A program made the position numbers and the translations under genes. This document shows, piece after piece, positions 37,190 through 49,568 of a stretch of 64,000 nucleotides of DNA. Source of the stretch: Paramoeba atlantica (Eukaryota > Protista > Discosea). The stretch spans positions 374,510-438,509 of the forward strand of contig CDRNVI010000144.1 in the NCBI GenBank assembly GCA_977017575.1. The letters run 5' to 3'. Under the pieces are notes generated by a model, which was given only the letters and a program-made list of their open reading frames with translations, was not told the DNA's origin and searched no databases. Position 1 is the first letter of the stretch. Each line of letters starts with the position of its first letter.

Positions 37190-38342
37190 CAGGTTGGTTC
37201 AAGGAAGCTTTATAGCTCTTCTTCACAGGAGGGAGGTCTTTTGGAGGGGTAGGTTCTGTAGGAATAACATTAGATAAATAAAACACCAACTTTTGATCTC
37301 TAGAATTATGCATAGGTAAATTTAAGCTATCTTTTTTAACACCTATAGGGGAGACCCTTGGAAGGCTTAAACAAAGCATGTGACTTGGGGGAAAATTGAT
37401 CTGTTCTCTCAAAATCCACTACCATAGACTTACCAGTATTTCTGAGGGGGGTACAGGATGAAAAGACTCCTTTAGAAAGAATGAAGTTAAATTGTACATC
37501 ATCTCTGGCAATTTGTTTTCTTATCTTAACTTCTTTAGGATTGCAGGTGTTGATCAAGTACATTTCTGTTCTTACCATATTGCCTACTTCACTTGAATTT
37601 TTTTTTTGTAAAATTTTAAATAAACAATAAACAAGCAAGATAGTTAATTTGGCAAGTGATGCATTTCACCACTGTATTAAAGGGTCTTGCTGGGGTCTAA
37701 ACAAAGACTCAAGCTTGTCATCTCTTGATGTGAGCAATAAAAAGGACAAGGTTAATAGAAATTTGGATGTAAAACAAAATAATACAATTCTAGACTATTT
37801 GTACTACTTCCTTCAAATTATGTTTCAAAAGAGAATTTGAACCAGCAAAAAGATTCTGGATCTACTTTACACCCTTAGCTTCAAAAGAAACCTTAATTTT
37901 AAGCTTTCACAATTTTGTGTTCTTATTGTTCCTCCAAATAAAAGATTTTTGAGTTTTTTGGCCAATTCATTACCTTTGTTCAAAAACTCTTTTTCTATAC
38001 TTGCAACATCTATGTTTTTGAGTGTTGAGATTACAAAATGGCTTTGTTTGATATTTACAAAAATCTTTCTTTAAAAGAAGTCATATGTTTAATTGCTTTG
38101 ATAACCTTATTGAAGTTGAGGAGCTTTGGTCTGAAATCCAGTGATTTCACTAACTTTGTTGGTCTTGACTTAGCTCCAACAACAATTTTTGGATTCAAGT
38201 GCATAATTAAACCTTGATATAGTTTAATATTCTTCCAATCAATTTTGTACAACACATCAATAAGATCTTTGAAGGCTGGAAAGCCTTCCTTGGTTTTGAG
38301 AGGTTTTTTCTTTTTTTTTGCTTTTTTGAGCAAATGATTCAC
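37190..38342 (-). pseudogene. Unidentified degenerate coding sequence
   Basis: Several 60-100 aa normal-complexity ORF pieces on the minus strand. No motif recognised. Confidence 0.35.
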
Positions 38343-38802
38343 TATTTGTTTGTCTTGATTAAGTGTTCTTAATAGAAAATCTCTTTCCTTCCTTTACATT
38401 AGATGAAAAGATTTTCATAATATTTTCTGTGGTAACCAGCCACAAAGATACACACTACAACAAAAAATAGGAAATTCAAATAAATTGTATTTTGAACCTT
38501 CTATTTTTTTTTTTTTTTTTTTTTTAAATTGATTAAAGAAAGGTATTTGTAAATAATGTAAAAGTAGATAAAGTTAAGTTACTTTAACTAATTAAGTAAA
38601 ATAGAAAAAGTGAAATTAAATAATAGAATTTTATATCTTAAACTATAGTTTTTTTTTTCTAATTTTATATTAATTAATACTACTTCAACCTATTTTATTA
38701 TCTTCTTTTATATTTTTGATAGAAATATTCTTTCTTTCAACTTAAAATAAATATTTATTTTATTAAATATTATAAAATTCTTCAATTTCTTATTGTAGAA
38801 GT

Positions 38803-39225
38803 TTTTTTTTTTCTTTTTGAGGTAGATTTTATTCAATTAGTAGTTTTTAATCTAAGCCATTTGAATTACATTAAATTATGTTTGTTTTTAATCTTTAACA
38901 AGAGGTAAAGTTTTAAACTTCAGCTTAGTTCAGTTGGTCTTTATACTAAACTTTAGAACTTTTATAAGTTCAGGCTGGAGGATACATATTAAAAGAGAAA
39001 ATAATTCAAAACTTCTTCTAAAGGAATTTATTTTTAACTTTTTAGCAAATTAGGTTAAAATGTAACTTGTTCTAATTTTCACACTTCTTCAAAAGCTTTT
39101 CACTCTAATCAAATCACTTTATAGGATTAGAAAAATTTTCTAAAATTTGAAAAACTAGAATTTGAACTCATCCCCTCTAAGATTGAACATAGTTGAATTT
39201 ATGACTAAATTATAGGCACCAACTC
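38803..39225 (-). mobile_element. SINE-B copy, strongly AT-shifted
   Basis: Colinear with 50760-51182 but with many C>T and G>A changes. Confidence 0.75.
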
Positions 39226-39399
39226 CATTGAGTAGATTACTTTTGGATTTCCTTATGGAAGTTACCAATATTTCTTTGGATGAGTTTTTTTCTATGAAAT
39301 CTGATCAATCATGAATCTTTTGGTTTTGAGATTGTGATTACTAAGCTCTAAAATCTTTTGCTTCTAAAGTTGGTTTTAAACATTGTAGACCAAAGGTTA

Positions 39400-39600
39400 G
39401 AAAGTTTATACATTTGAAAACAAAGCACTTTGAGTAATTCAAAAGAGTACTGATTGCTTTTTCATAGGAGATTGGGTAGTCTTGTCAAACTTCAATTCTA
39501 CATAATAGAGTCTGCAAGAGAGGAGCCAGGTTTTCCTCCAATTGAGGGTAACCAGGTTTTAGAGGGGTGAAGTACTTTCTCAATCACAAAAATGGTTTCA
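39400..39600 (-). pseudogene. Short LINE RT fragments
   Basis: Reverse complement of ~35975-36060 and ~36240-36310. Confidence 0.7.
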
Positions 39601-39611
39601 AAGGAAGAAAT

Positions 39612-39917
39612 TTTTCTTTTTGAGGCAAACTTTATTCAATTAGTAGTTCTTAATCTAAACCATTTGAATTACATTAAATTATGTTTGTTTTTAACCTTTA
39701 ACAAGAAGTGAAGTTTTAAACTTCAGCTTAGTTTAGTTGGTCTTTATGTTGAACTTTAGAACTTCTGCAAGTTTAGGCTGGAGGATATATATTAGAAGGG
39801 AGAATAATCCAAAACTTCTTTCAAAGGATTTTATCTTCAACTTTTTAGCAGACAAGGGTGAAATGTAATCTGGTTGGATATAGTTAAATTTATAACTAAA
39901 CTACAAGCACCAACCCT
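39612..39917 (-). mobile_element. SINE-B copy with internal deletion
   Basis: Both SINE-B ends are present; roughly 100 bp missing internally. Confidence 0.7.
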
Positions 39918-39948
39918 TATCATGATTGACTCTCTAGATGTGAGGAGG

Positions 39949-40573
39949 TGTTGGGGTGAGACCTGCTTCCAACACGGAAGTTGTGCCTTTCAGTGCCTTT
40001 TCAGTTCCTTGAGCCTCCCTGAGCCTTCCCTGAGCTTCCTTGATGCCTTTTATCATGAGTTTTGGTCCTTTCGGAGAGCCCTGAGCCTCACAGACAGCTG
40101 TGCGCCATTTTATCGTAATTTTAGCCAAAATCACGAGATTTTTAGCGCTCTTTTTATTCAGTTTTCACATTCATGTTTTTTGCCCCTTTTCTTGCTGCTT
40201 TGCCACCTTCTGCTTTCTTTCTGCTTTCTTGTCTCTCTCTCTCTCTCTCTTTGCTTTCCTTTGTGATCTTTTGGCTTGCCTTGCTTGCTTTCTGTTCTCT
40301 TCTTTTGTTGTTATCATCTTTTGTTGCTTTCTTCCTTCTTTGGTTGCTGTGTAGGCTCGAGATTCCAATTTGAGTTGAGTTTCAGCAATTCTGTGCTTTT
40401 CTCAGTTGTGATTCCTTTTGTTGTTCTTCTTTTTGCTTTTCTGTTTCTTTGTTGTTGTTTTCTTGTTCTGTTTGTGTTGGCTAGGGATCTTTCCCATAAA
40501 GGTTTTGATCCAGAGTTTCTGTTTCTCTTTCTTTTCTCTTGTTTTCTCTGTTGATCCTGCTCCCCTCCTCACA
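39949..40573. mobile_element. Solo-LTR-like repeat copy that truncates gypsy element 2
   Basis: TGTTGGGG...CCTCACA, homologous to 60137-60794. Confidence 0.7.
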
Positions 40574-43500
40574 AATTCATTTAGGATCTTCAGAAAATCA
40601 GCACGAAAATCTTCCAATTCTTCCTTTGTGACACCCTTGTCACTCCTATCTCTGGCAGCAGTGGCTCTTTTAATAAGAATTGCATTCAGAATATTGGTAT
40701 CTTCCAAAGTCATTTCATCATCATCATCTTCCACCAGTACACTCTTCAAATTCTTGAAATCATCAATGGGACTAATCTCATTAGGATCATCAATGGACTC
40801 AGGGGTGTGCTCTTGGAAAAGATTGGAATAATGTTGTCAAAATCACTTTTCTCACAATAAACAACATGAGCAATTGGCTTGGAATTGTCCAATCGGACTT
40901 CTCGAAAGCAAGGATTCGAAATGGCAACATAAGATTCTCCACCCTCCATTCTTACTAGACCCTCTTGAAGTACAAGATCTCAACAATATCTAATTTGTAT
41001 CTTTGGACATTTTTTCAGAAACTTTCAATTTCACAACTCTTCTTGAACAGGGTGGGATTTTCACAGCTTGTGGGTAAAGAAGAGCAACAGGTTGAGGATT
41101 GGGAACCACACTTGCAATGACAGTTTCCTTTTTCTTTTTCACAGAGAAGGGAACAGGAATACCACCATGAGGAATCACAAATCCACAGCTGTTCATAATA
41201 TCCAAACACATCAACTTGGTAACTCAGGTCCAAAATCACATCCAAAGTCAAATTGTTCAAGACAGAAAAATAAATGTTCCTCTTCACAGATCCCAAAACA
41301 ACTGGCAAGGCTACTCTCCCCAAACGTTGTAAAGCATCACCACCAGCAGAAAGAAATCAACTCAAATGTCTCACTTTTTCTAAGGTTAAGTGATTAAAAT
41401 GTTTCTGGTAAAAATCACTACTAATGCAGTCAACTGTCACTCCAGAATTGATTGCAAACACCACTTCTTTGTTCCCCAATTTTCCTTTCACCAATAAGGG
41501 CATATCAGTGTTAAGTTCAACCGCATCAATTTTGAGGTGGTTTTCTGCTTCTTCTCTTTGTTTTGTCACTTCCACTAGGTTGGGAGGGCCTTGAATCACC
41601 GAAACAGATTGTGTCTTAACTTGTGAGTCCTTTAATTGGAGATTTGGTTGAGCAGGTGGTGCAGCACAAGTCAGGGGAAGTTGCACTTCAGATTGGGGAA
41701 ATTGAGAGGTTTGACATCAAGATTGTTGAGAAACCAAAAGAGGAGATTGAGAAGGTTGAGAGAGTTGAGAAGATTCGAGAGAGGATTGTTGAGGAATTTG
41801 TTGAGCAGGTTGAGTAGATTGAGAGAATTGCAGAGATTCAAGAGAAGGTTGTTGAGGAACTTGTTGAACCAGTTGAGAGAGCTGAGAAAATTGAGAAAAC
41901 CCAAAAGAAGATTGTTGAGAGAATTGTACAAAATCTGTGAAAGCTAAATGAGGAGATTTTATGAGGGGGTGTCCCCTGTGCCCCCAGGCCGAAAATCCTG
42001 TTCTGTTGATTGAGTTCAAGGTTGTTGAGGTTGCTGTCCCTGTAACTGTTGCTGTTGTTGTGTTTGATCCAAAATTAGTTGTTGTTGCCTTTGAAGAATT
42101 TGAGGATTGAGTCAACTGGTTGTTTGTTGGGAATCAAGAAGAAGTTGTTGTAATTGAGCAAGAGTGTGGGATTGAGGTTGTGATGCTGGTGGTTGAGATT
42201 GAGTAAGAGCTTGCTCAAGTTGTGGTAAGGCTCCCTGAGGTTGTTGGTATTGTATTGCCTGATGAGGTGTGACAGGAGTATTGTTGGTCCCAGTTGGTTG
42301 TATAGGAAGAAATGTTGTACCAGGGGTTGGTTGGATTGCTCCCACAGTTGTGCTTGGATTCCGAAACTCAGGTGGTTGATGTGTTATGGCTTGGGGTGTT
42401 GGTAAGATACCAGCTTGTCTTGGATTTTGTTGGGTTAATGCTGTTGTCAGGGGTGTGTTTTCAAATAGAGGTCCAGCTGCACCAGATTTCAAACAACGCA
42501 TGGCCTTATGTCCCAAAGCACCACATGTGAAGCACTTCCCTTGAAAAGAACCAAACTGACCTCTATCACATCCTTGGCCCTGGCCTCAGCATCATGAGTA
42601 ACAATCTTCCACATCATGTCTAGATTTCCCACAAAAGTCACAAATCCTCCCTCTTCCTGTTGGAGGTTGAAAAGAGTTTGGTTGTCTACTTGACCAGGAT
42701 GCAGATAGAACTGTTGGAAACTGTTGCACAGGAGATTGTTGAAATTGTCCTTGGGGAAATTGTTATGCTGGAGATTGTTGAAATTGTCCTTGGGGAAATT
42801 GTTGTGCCAGAGATTGTTGAAATTGTTGCTGAGAAGATTGTTGGATTTGTTGCTGAAAAGCTTGTTGCACTTGTTGTATTTGTTGTTTTTAGAGAGTCTC
42901 AATATTTGCCTTGTACTGACAATCTGAGGTGGAATGTTGTGACAGCCCGCAAAATGAACATTGAAAAGGGATCCCCTTCTGCAAAACTGCTTGCATTGCA
43001 TTTGACTGTTTCGAAAGAGTGTTCACCACTGCATGTTGGTCAGGATCCCTGTTCCTTGAGCTTGAAGACTTGGATTCTGATTTTGCTTTCTGCCACGCTC
43101 TGTCCACATACTCCTTGTCCTTCAACCATTCCATAAATTTCATGTTGTTCCCTGAATTGTATTTTACTATTCTTGACACCTCATTAGGGCTGAAAGGGAG
43201 CTTCCCAGCATAAATCTTTTGGACATCTTTAACTGGTGATTTTGTTTTGTTGGCAAAATTGAGGAAGGCCCAATTGTAGTCTACACAGGTTTTGAAATCC
43301 TCAGGTTTCAGCTTCTGTAAATCTTGTATTGCCTGAGTTTCTGCCACCTCTAGAGGGGTTAAAGCACCAAAAATGTTTCAAAGGCTGTAGAGATCCTCAA
43401 GACTGTGGATTTCATCAAGATTTACAAATTGATTGCTGATCCATTTTGTGTTGAAAATCTTGAAGGTGAGAGAGTTGTCCCAACTATGGATATCTTGCAA

Positions 43501-43660
43501 GCACTGCAATTCCTTTGTAAACTGTACAAAATCTCTGGTGAGTGAATCTAACTTTGTAGTGAAACTCAAAACTTGTTTCAAGGTTGTGGTTTCCATCGCC
43601 ATCTTCCTCCTCTTCTTGGCTTCTTCTGTGGGTTCATTACGGTTTCACTTCTCAGTTGAC
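40574..43660 (-). pseudogene. Degenerate Ty3/gypsy-like gag-protease region (element 2); RT and downstream absent
   Basis: Three zinc knuckles (CSFCGLSQHSTSDC, CDFCGKSRHDVEDC, CFTCGALGHKAMRC). Retropepsin-like LLVKGKLGNKEVVFAINSGVTV. Pre-RT-like linker ...DFLKILNEF cut at the LTR-like repeat. Confidence 0.8.
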
Positions 43661-44879
43661 ATGATGATAATCTCCTGAAAAAAAAATATGATCCAAGATT
43701 CCAAACAAATGAAATAGTTGTGTGTAGTCACAGGAGTCACAGAAGTCACAGAACTCATGGAAGTTACAGAAGTCATAGAAGTCATAGAAGTCACAGATCC
43801 AATTCAGGCTGGACAAAAAACAAGATGTCCCAGAGTTACAAAATACAGTGTATAATTCAAGGTTGGTCCAGTCAAGCAAGGTAACTCAAGAAAGAAATCA
43901 AAACAAAGGATTTTCCACACAATAAGCCAGTAATTTCAAGGAAGATTTCCAGAAAATTTGATTCCTCAATCCAGGCAAAGGAATTGGACCACAAAGATTC
44001 AAGGGATTTTGCTGGAATGAATACTGGTTGAAGAAAACTAGACTTCTGGGATGCTCAAAAATCCGCAAAATCCAAAAAACAAAAGGAGTTCAAAAGGACT
44101 TTATCACAAACAGTTCCAATAATGAACAAATCAGAGAAATATAGGAAAGTTCAGCAATTGGAAACAGCACAGAAGGAATCAAAGGAATTAAGAAAAAATA
44201 ATCCCAGAAAATCCCAGCAAACAAATGATTATCCAACAACAATAATTCAAAAATGTCTTATGTTGTCACTCAATTCAAAAGAAAAAGGGAACAAGATGCC
44301 AGAAACTCGAAAATTGCAAAGCAGGATGGAATTGTAAGGTTTCAGGGCTGAAAAACAGTAAGAAATTCCAAAACTTCCACTCTAAAACAACAGGAAAGAG
44401 TTTAGAAGAGAGGGGTGTCTTGTCATCTCACTTGGGTAAAGAGCAAACAAGGCCACAAAAGAACTCAGTAATCCAAATACAAAAACAGGAAGTCACTCTG
44501 GCGGAAAATACAAGAGAATATCTGAAACTTGGAGCCCACAGAACAATGAGAGTCTAGAATAACCAACAAAGGGATTGTTTCTGAAGAAGGTCCAATCCAA
44601 GAGAGAACTTCAATAAATTTAGAAGTGATTTGTCACCAATACTGACTCAAACAATGTAAGGTTCGATCACAAACTCAGGAAATCAAATGAAATATTTGAG
44701 AATCCAAGAATTGGCTCAAAAATGATTCAGAAAGAATATGATCTCAGAAAGGTCTTTCCCATCCCACAAAATTCTACAAGGAAGGTTGTCCACAAATTCA
44801 ACTCAAGGATGAAGGGGAGAACACACTCAAAATCAGCAGGTCATAAAAGAAAAATCAGGAATCCTTACAATCACACAAA

Positions 44880-46620
44880 CAAAACTTTCCGAAATACCAC
44901 CAAAACAGAACTGAGATTGAGGGTAATTTCTTAAGAAATCATCAAAAGGAGTAACAATGTTTTGCAAATCGCCAAAGGAGTAAGCAGAGAACTGAAAGAC
45001 CACTAAAGGAAATGACTTCAAATTTAATTAACTTGAAAATCAGCCAAATAGGGTATTTCTGGAGTGTCACTCAAACAGGCTCAAAAGAGGGGAACAAACT
45101 TCTCAAATTTGTTGAAAATCTTTTAATGCTAATAGAATCATTGAAGAACAAAACAAGAACAATAAAGCTACTAAGCAGAGCAATTCAGAGGGCAATTCAG
45201 TCAATGTGTGGTTTTCAAAAATTCCGCAAACAGGGCACAAAACAGTGGGTAAATTTCCAAAAATTATGGGGATTGTTCAAGATGTTTCAAAGATCAACTA
45301 AGAACAAAATAAGAGGAAAAAAAACCACAGAATAGAACTGATCTAGATGGCCTTGCTCAGAATCGGCCAAAATGAAGTGTTTCCAAAATATTGCTCAAAC
45401 AACTTCAAAAAGGGAACAAAACTTCAGAAATTATCAAAAGTCTTAGGTTGCCACTAGAATTGTTGAAAAGCAAGAGAAGGGAAGAGAAAACCACTCAAAA
45501 GAATAGTTCAAAACAAGATCTAATCACTGTAGGGAAGTTTTTGAATTTCTGCAAGAACAAGCCCAGAAAGGAGGATAAATTTCCAAAAATTACAGGGATT
45601 GTTTGAAATGTCTTGGAGATTGCCAGAGGACAAAATAAAGGGAAAGAAATTACTAGAGAAAACAAGTCCAAATATAATTGTCTCAAATTGTCCAAAACAG
45701 AGATTCTTCAAAAATTTCACTGGAACAAGATCAGAATAGGGGATAACCTTCTGAAAAGCCACTTGGTAACTCTCAAACACCTCAAGAGTTGCCAACAAAC
45801 AAGAAAGGGAAAAGAAACTGTCCAAAAACAATTCCAAAACACAAAGGGCTCAAAGAGAGAAATCTTCCAAAACACAAGAACTCAAAGAGAGAAATCTTTT
45901 AGAAATTCTGCCAGAACAAGGTTGAAATGAGGAATAAATTTCTAAAAGATCATCAAAAGCTTTCAAACACTTCAAGAATTGCCTACAACAAAATAGAAGA
46001 GAAGACTGTTGAGAACACACATCTGAAACACAATTGATTCAAATAAGTCTTTTCACAAATTCCACAAGAACAAGATTAAAAGGGGAATCCAATTCAAAAC
46101 AAGGTCCAGAGAGAGAATCAAATTCTGAAAATTCGCAGGGGACTTTGAATTATTCTAGTAATCATCAAAAAGCAAGGTCGAAAAGCAAAATCAAAAGAAA
46201 ACAACTTTGAAGCTCAATTGTTTCAAATAAGAGTATTTTTCTTTTTTCAGAAATTCCACCGAAACAAGATCGAAAGAGGGAATTGAATTCTAAAAATTCG
46301 TCAAAAGCTTTGAATCACCTTGAGAATCAATAAAAGACAAACAAAGAGAAAAAACCAACAAAAAAACAGCCTTGAAACAGAATTCGCCCCAAAAGAGGAA
46401 ATTTCTGGAAATTCCAACAAAACAAGGTCAAAAATCAAGATAAATTTCCAAAAATTTGTTTGAAGCTTTAAATAACCTTGAAAATCAACAAGGAAAGAGA
46501 ATGAGGCCAAAATCGGTGCTAAAATCGATTCCAAAATACAAGTGCTTCAAATCAGGGTTTTTTTTCTCAAAAATTGACCAAAACAGAGCCAAGAAAAGAG
46601 AAACAAGTTTCCAAACCAGT
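44880..46620. repeat. Degenerate tandem array, ~160-190-bp units, about 10 copies
   Basis: Motif AAATTCY-N3-GAACAAG...GG.A.AAATT recurs at ~44890, 45228, 45544, 45714, 45903, 46058, 46251 and 46410. Confidence 0.6.
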
Positions 46621-47203
46621 TATTTGGATCTCAAATATCCTCAAGAGTTACAAAGGGATGAAATAAAACAAAAGGAGTCACAAAAGAAGAGGTTTGAAAG
46701 TCACCACCTTAAGAAAAGGAGGGAAAAATCACAAAAACTGGAACTTTCTTGCTAATAATTCAAAATCGGTCAGGGAAAATGGGCAGGATTCACCAACAAC
46801 CAAATTCAATTGTAAAACAAAAGAAAAGAAAGCAGAAAAAGCAAAAGAAAAATCAAAAGAAATGAAAAACCAATTTTCACCATAAAATCCAGGTCCAAAA
46901 ATGGCTTAAATGTGAATCAGAGCATCACAGTTTACATAGTCATAAGCCTTGCAAAAGTCAGTTTGAAGAAGAGTAATATCTTGTCCATCAGCCAAAGCTT
47001 CATAGAAAGCATCATAAATAGTTTTTACAGCTGCATCAATTGATTTCCCCTTGAACATTGCATGTTGAGTATTAAAGATTACTCCACTTGCAATTTCAGA
47101 AAACCAAAAAGCCCAATATCACATTACAATTTGATAATCAGAGTTTGTTACACTTATAGATCTGAACTGATCAGGGTGAGGAATGTTCTCAACCTTGGGA
47201 ATC

Positions 47204-47627
47204 AATTGTAGCATGATGGCTTAGTTGGTAAAACAGCTATTGCTTCAATTTAGGGTTGCAGGTTCAAATCCCAAAGAGGAAAATATTAAAAATATTAAAA
47301 ACATAATTGTGGTATGATAGCTTAGTTGGTAAAACAGCTATTGCTTCAATTCAGGGTTGCAGGTTCAAATCCCAAAGAGGAAAATATTAAAAACATTATT
47401 TTCTCTTCCTGCTCACTTGAATGTGAAAAACAAAACAGGTTATTCTCTGCTTTGTCTGCTAAAAAGCAGAGAATAAATTCTTTGAGAAGGAGTTTAAGTG
47501 AATTAAAGGTTTTTGAACCATTTGAACCTAAAGAGGTGAAACTCTATCCTCATTATTTTTAACCTTAAAAAATTAGTGGCTTTGGGTTAGGCTATCATCT
47601 AATAAAGTCTAGTGTTAAAAAGAAAAA
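47204..47627 (+). mobile_element. SINE-A with duplicated head, inserted in LINE RT; absent from the left-hand LINE
   Basis: 15-bp TSD aaccttgggaatcaa. Heads at ~47204 and ~47306. Confidence 0.85.
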
Positions 47628-48393
47628 AACCTTGGGAATCAAACACAATTAGCTTTCTCCAAAGAAGTCAGGGAATTTCATACTTTCTCCTGCTTGTTGG
47701 ATCAGTTCAACCCACATCTCTTGATATTTCTTATAAGTTTTCTGATAGAGGGAGAAGAAAATTCCATCAGGGCCTGCACTGGTATTGTTGGCTTGAAAGA
47801 GTAGCTTCTCAACTTTCAGAAGGTCTACTGTATGATTTTCAGAGTCTGGAAAGCGGAAGGGGTGGTTGTTAAGAAGTTCATCAAGGGCTTTAAGATTATA
47901 AGGACATTCAGTTCCCAAAAGATCACCCCAAAAGCCTTTAATAGCTTCTCTCATAGTAGATGAATTATGAGACAAGATGTCATCAACAATCACTTCTTTC
48001 ACCTTGGGGGAAACCAACTTTAATCATCTAAGAAATAATCTTTAATCTCCATTTCCACCCTTTCAGAGGGTTATCCCAATTCTCAGCAGCTGCTTCTCTC
48101 AGTTCAGCTTCTAAGGAGGTGAAGGGGTGGGCTAGGCTATCCTTTCTAAGGATTCAAGTTGTTCTTAGCTTCTTAACTAAAGTTTGCAGTTTTCAAAATT
48201 TCTTAAAGAAATGAGCTTCCTTGTGCTTGTTCTTCCACAGAGCAGTTAATCTCCAGGCTTCAGATTTCATTTTATTAAGACAGATCACAGGGTCACCTAC
48301 AGAGTAGTTTCCAACAGCTTCAAAAAGAGCAAAAATAAATTTGGGGTTATTAATTAGATATTCAGGAATCTTCTTCTTCTGAGAGTTGATCTT

Positions 48394-49320
48394 TCACTCT
48401 TTTACACTGGCCCCTCCAATCATTACAGTATGATCTTTGAATCCAAATGGGATTGCATTCACAAACAAATGATCTTCAGGAGCCTTAGAGAGAAAGAAGA
48501 TGTGGTCAATGTATTGACCTTGAAAATGGGTAAGTTCTAACCAGTTGAGGCAAGATAGATTCAGATCAGAGAGGTGTTCAATTAATTTCTGGCAATTGGT
48601 TTCATTTAAGTTCCAATTGAGGTCCCCAACTAGAATATTTTTGTTCTGGGGAGAAAAAAACCAGGAGGATTCTTCCATTAGGTGTTTTAGTTTCAGACCA
48701 GGGTGGTGATAAACATTGAGGGCTGAAAATTCCTGATTTTGGATGAAAACTTTTAAACCAAACAATCTACCTTCATTTTTCTCAAAACAAAAAGGAGAGG
48801 GATCTTTCAATTCTTCCACACATCTAATTCCAATCACAAGGCCATGTTTCCTCTTGGAGAAGAAGTTATGAAACCAAATGTACTTCCTCAAGTGGTTCTT
48901 GAGATGATCAAGATCATTTTCAGATGTTGCATAGGTTTCCTGGAGGAAGATGAACAAGAGCCAGGAGCTAGTTGCCATTCTCTTGCAGATCTTGAGTTTT
49001 TCTTTATTTTGCAACCCATTTATATTCCAGGAGAGAACTCTTAGGTCAGGGAACTGAGAAAAATAACAAATTTGTGGTAAATCAGGAGGATTGGATTCCA
49101 GAGCAAGGATTTGAGAATCACACAGTCTCTTTTGGGGGAAAGGGGAGTTGAGGGAGGTGGGGGGATTGAAGAGTTGAGAGATTAGTTGGGATTTGTTGAC
49201 AATTGTTAAAGGAGAGGGTTGAAGTTGAACATTAGATCTCAGGGAGAGGGGTTGAAGGAGTCCATATTTTCTGATATTTTGATTATTCTTTTTTCCTTTT
49301 TTTTTCTTTTTATTCACCAT
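48394..49320 (-). CDS. LINE ORF2 N-terminal apurinic-type endonuclease (308 aa open, then stop); pseudogene remnant
   Basis: RVLSWNINGL, FLQETY, ILVGDLNW, YIDHIFF, DHTVMI. Confidence 0.85.
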   Translation of the reverse strand: MVNKKKKKGKKNNQNIRKYGLLQPLSLRSNVQLQPSPLTIVNKSQLISQLFNPPTSLNSPFPQKRLCDSQILALESNPPDLPQICYFSQFPDLRVLSWNINGLQNKEKLKICKRMATSSWLLFIFLQETYATSENDLDHLKNHLRKYIWFHNFFSKRKHGLVIGIRCVEELKDPSPFCFEKNEGRLFGLKVFIQNQEFSALNVYHHPGLKLKHLMEESSWFFSPQNKNILVGDLNWNLNETNCQKLIEHLSDLNLSCLNWLELTHFQGQYIDHIFFLSKAPEDHLFVNAIPFGFKDHTVMIGGASVKE

Positions 49321-49568
49321 CTTTTGTTCTATCTTCTGGTATTTCTTTCCTTTTTTTTAATTAACTTCTGACTTAGAACTTTCTTTTGACTTTTTTTCTT
49401 TTTTTTCTGTTTTTTTTTTTTTTTTTTTTTTTCTTTTTTCTTTAAACTTTTCTTCTTTTTCCTTTTAAACAATAGAGAAGCTTCCCTGAGGGTCATCAGG
49501 AGACAATTTTGGGCTTCCATCAAGGTCAGCATCTTGAAATCAAGAGGGAAAGGGGGAATCAGCAATTT

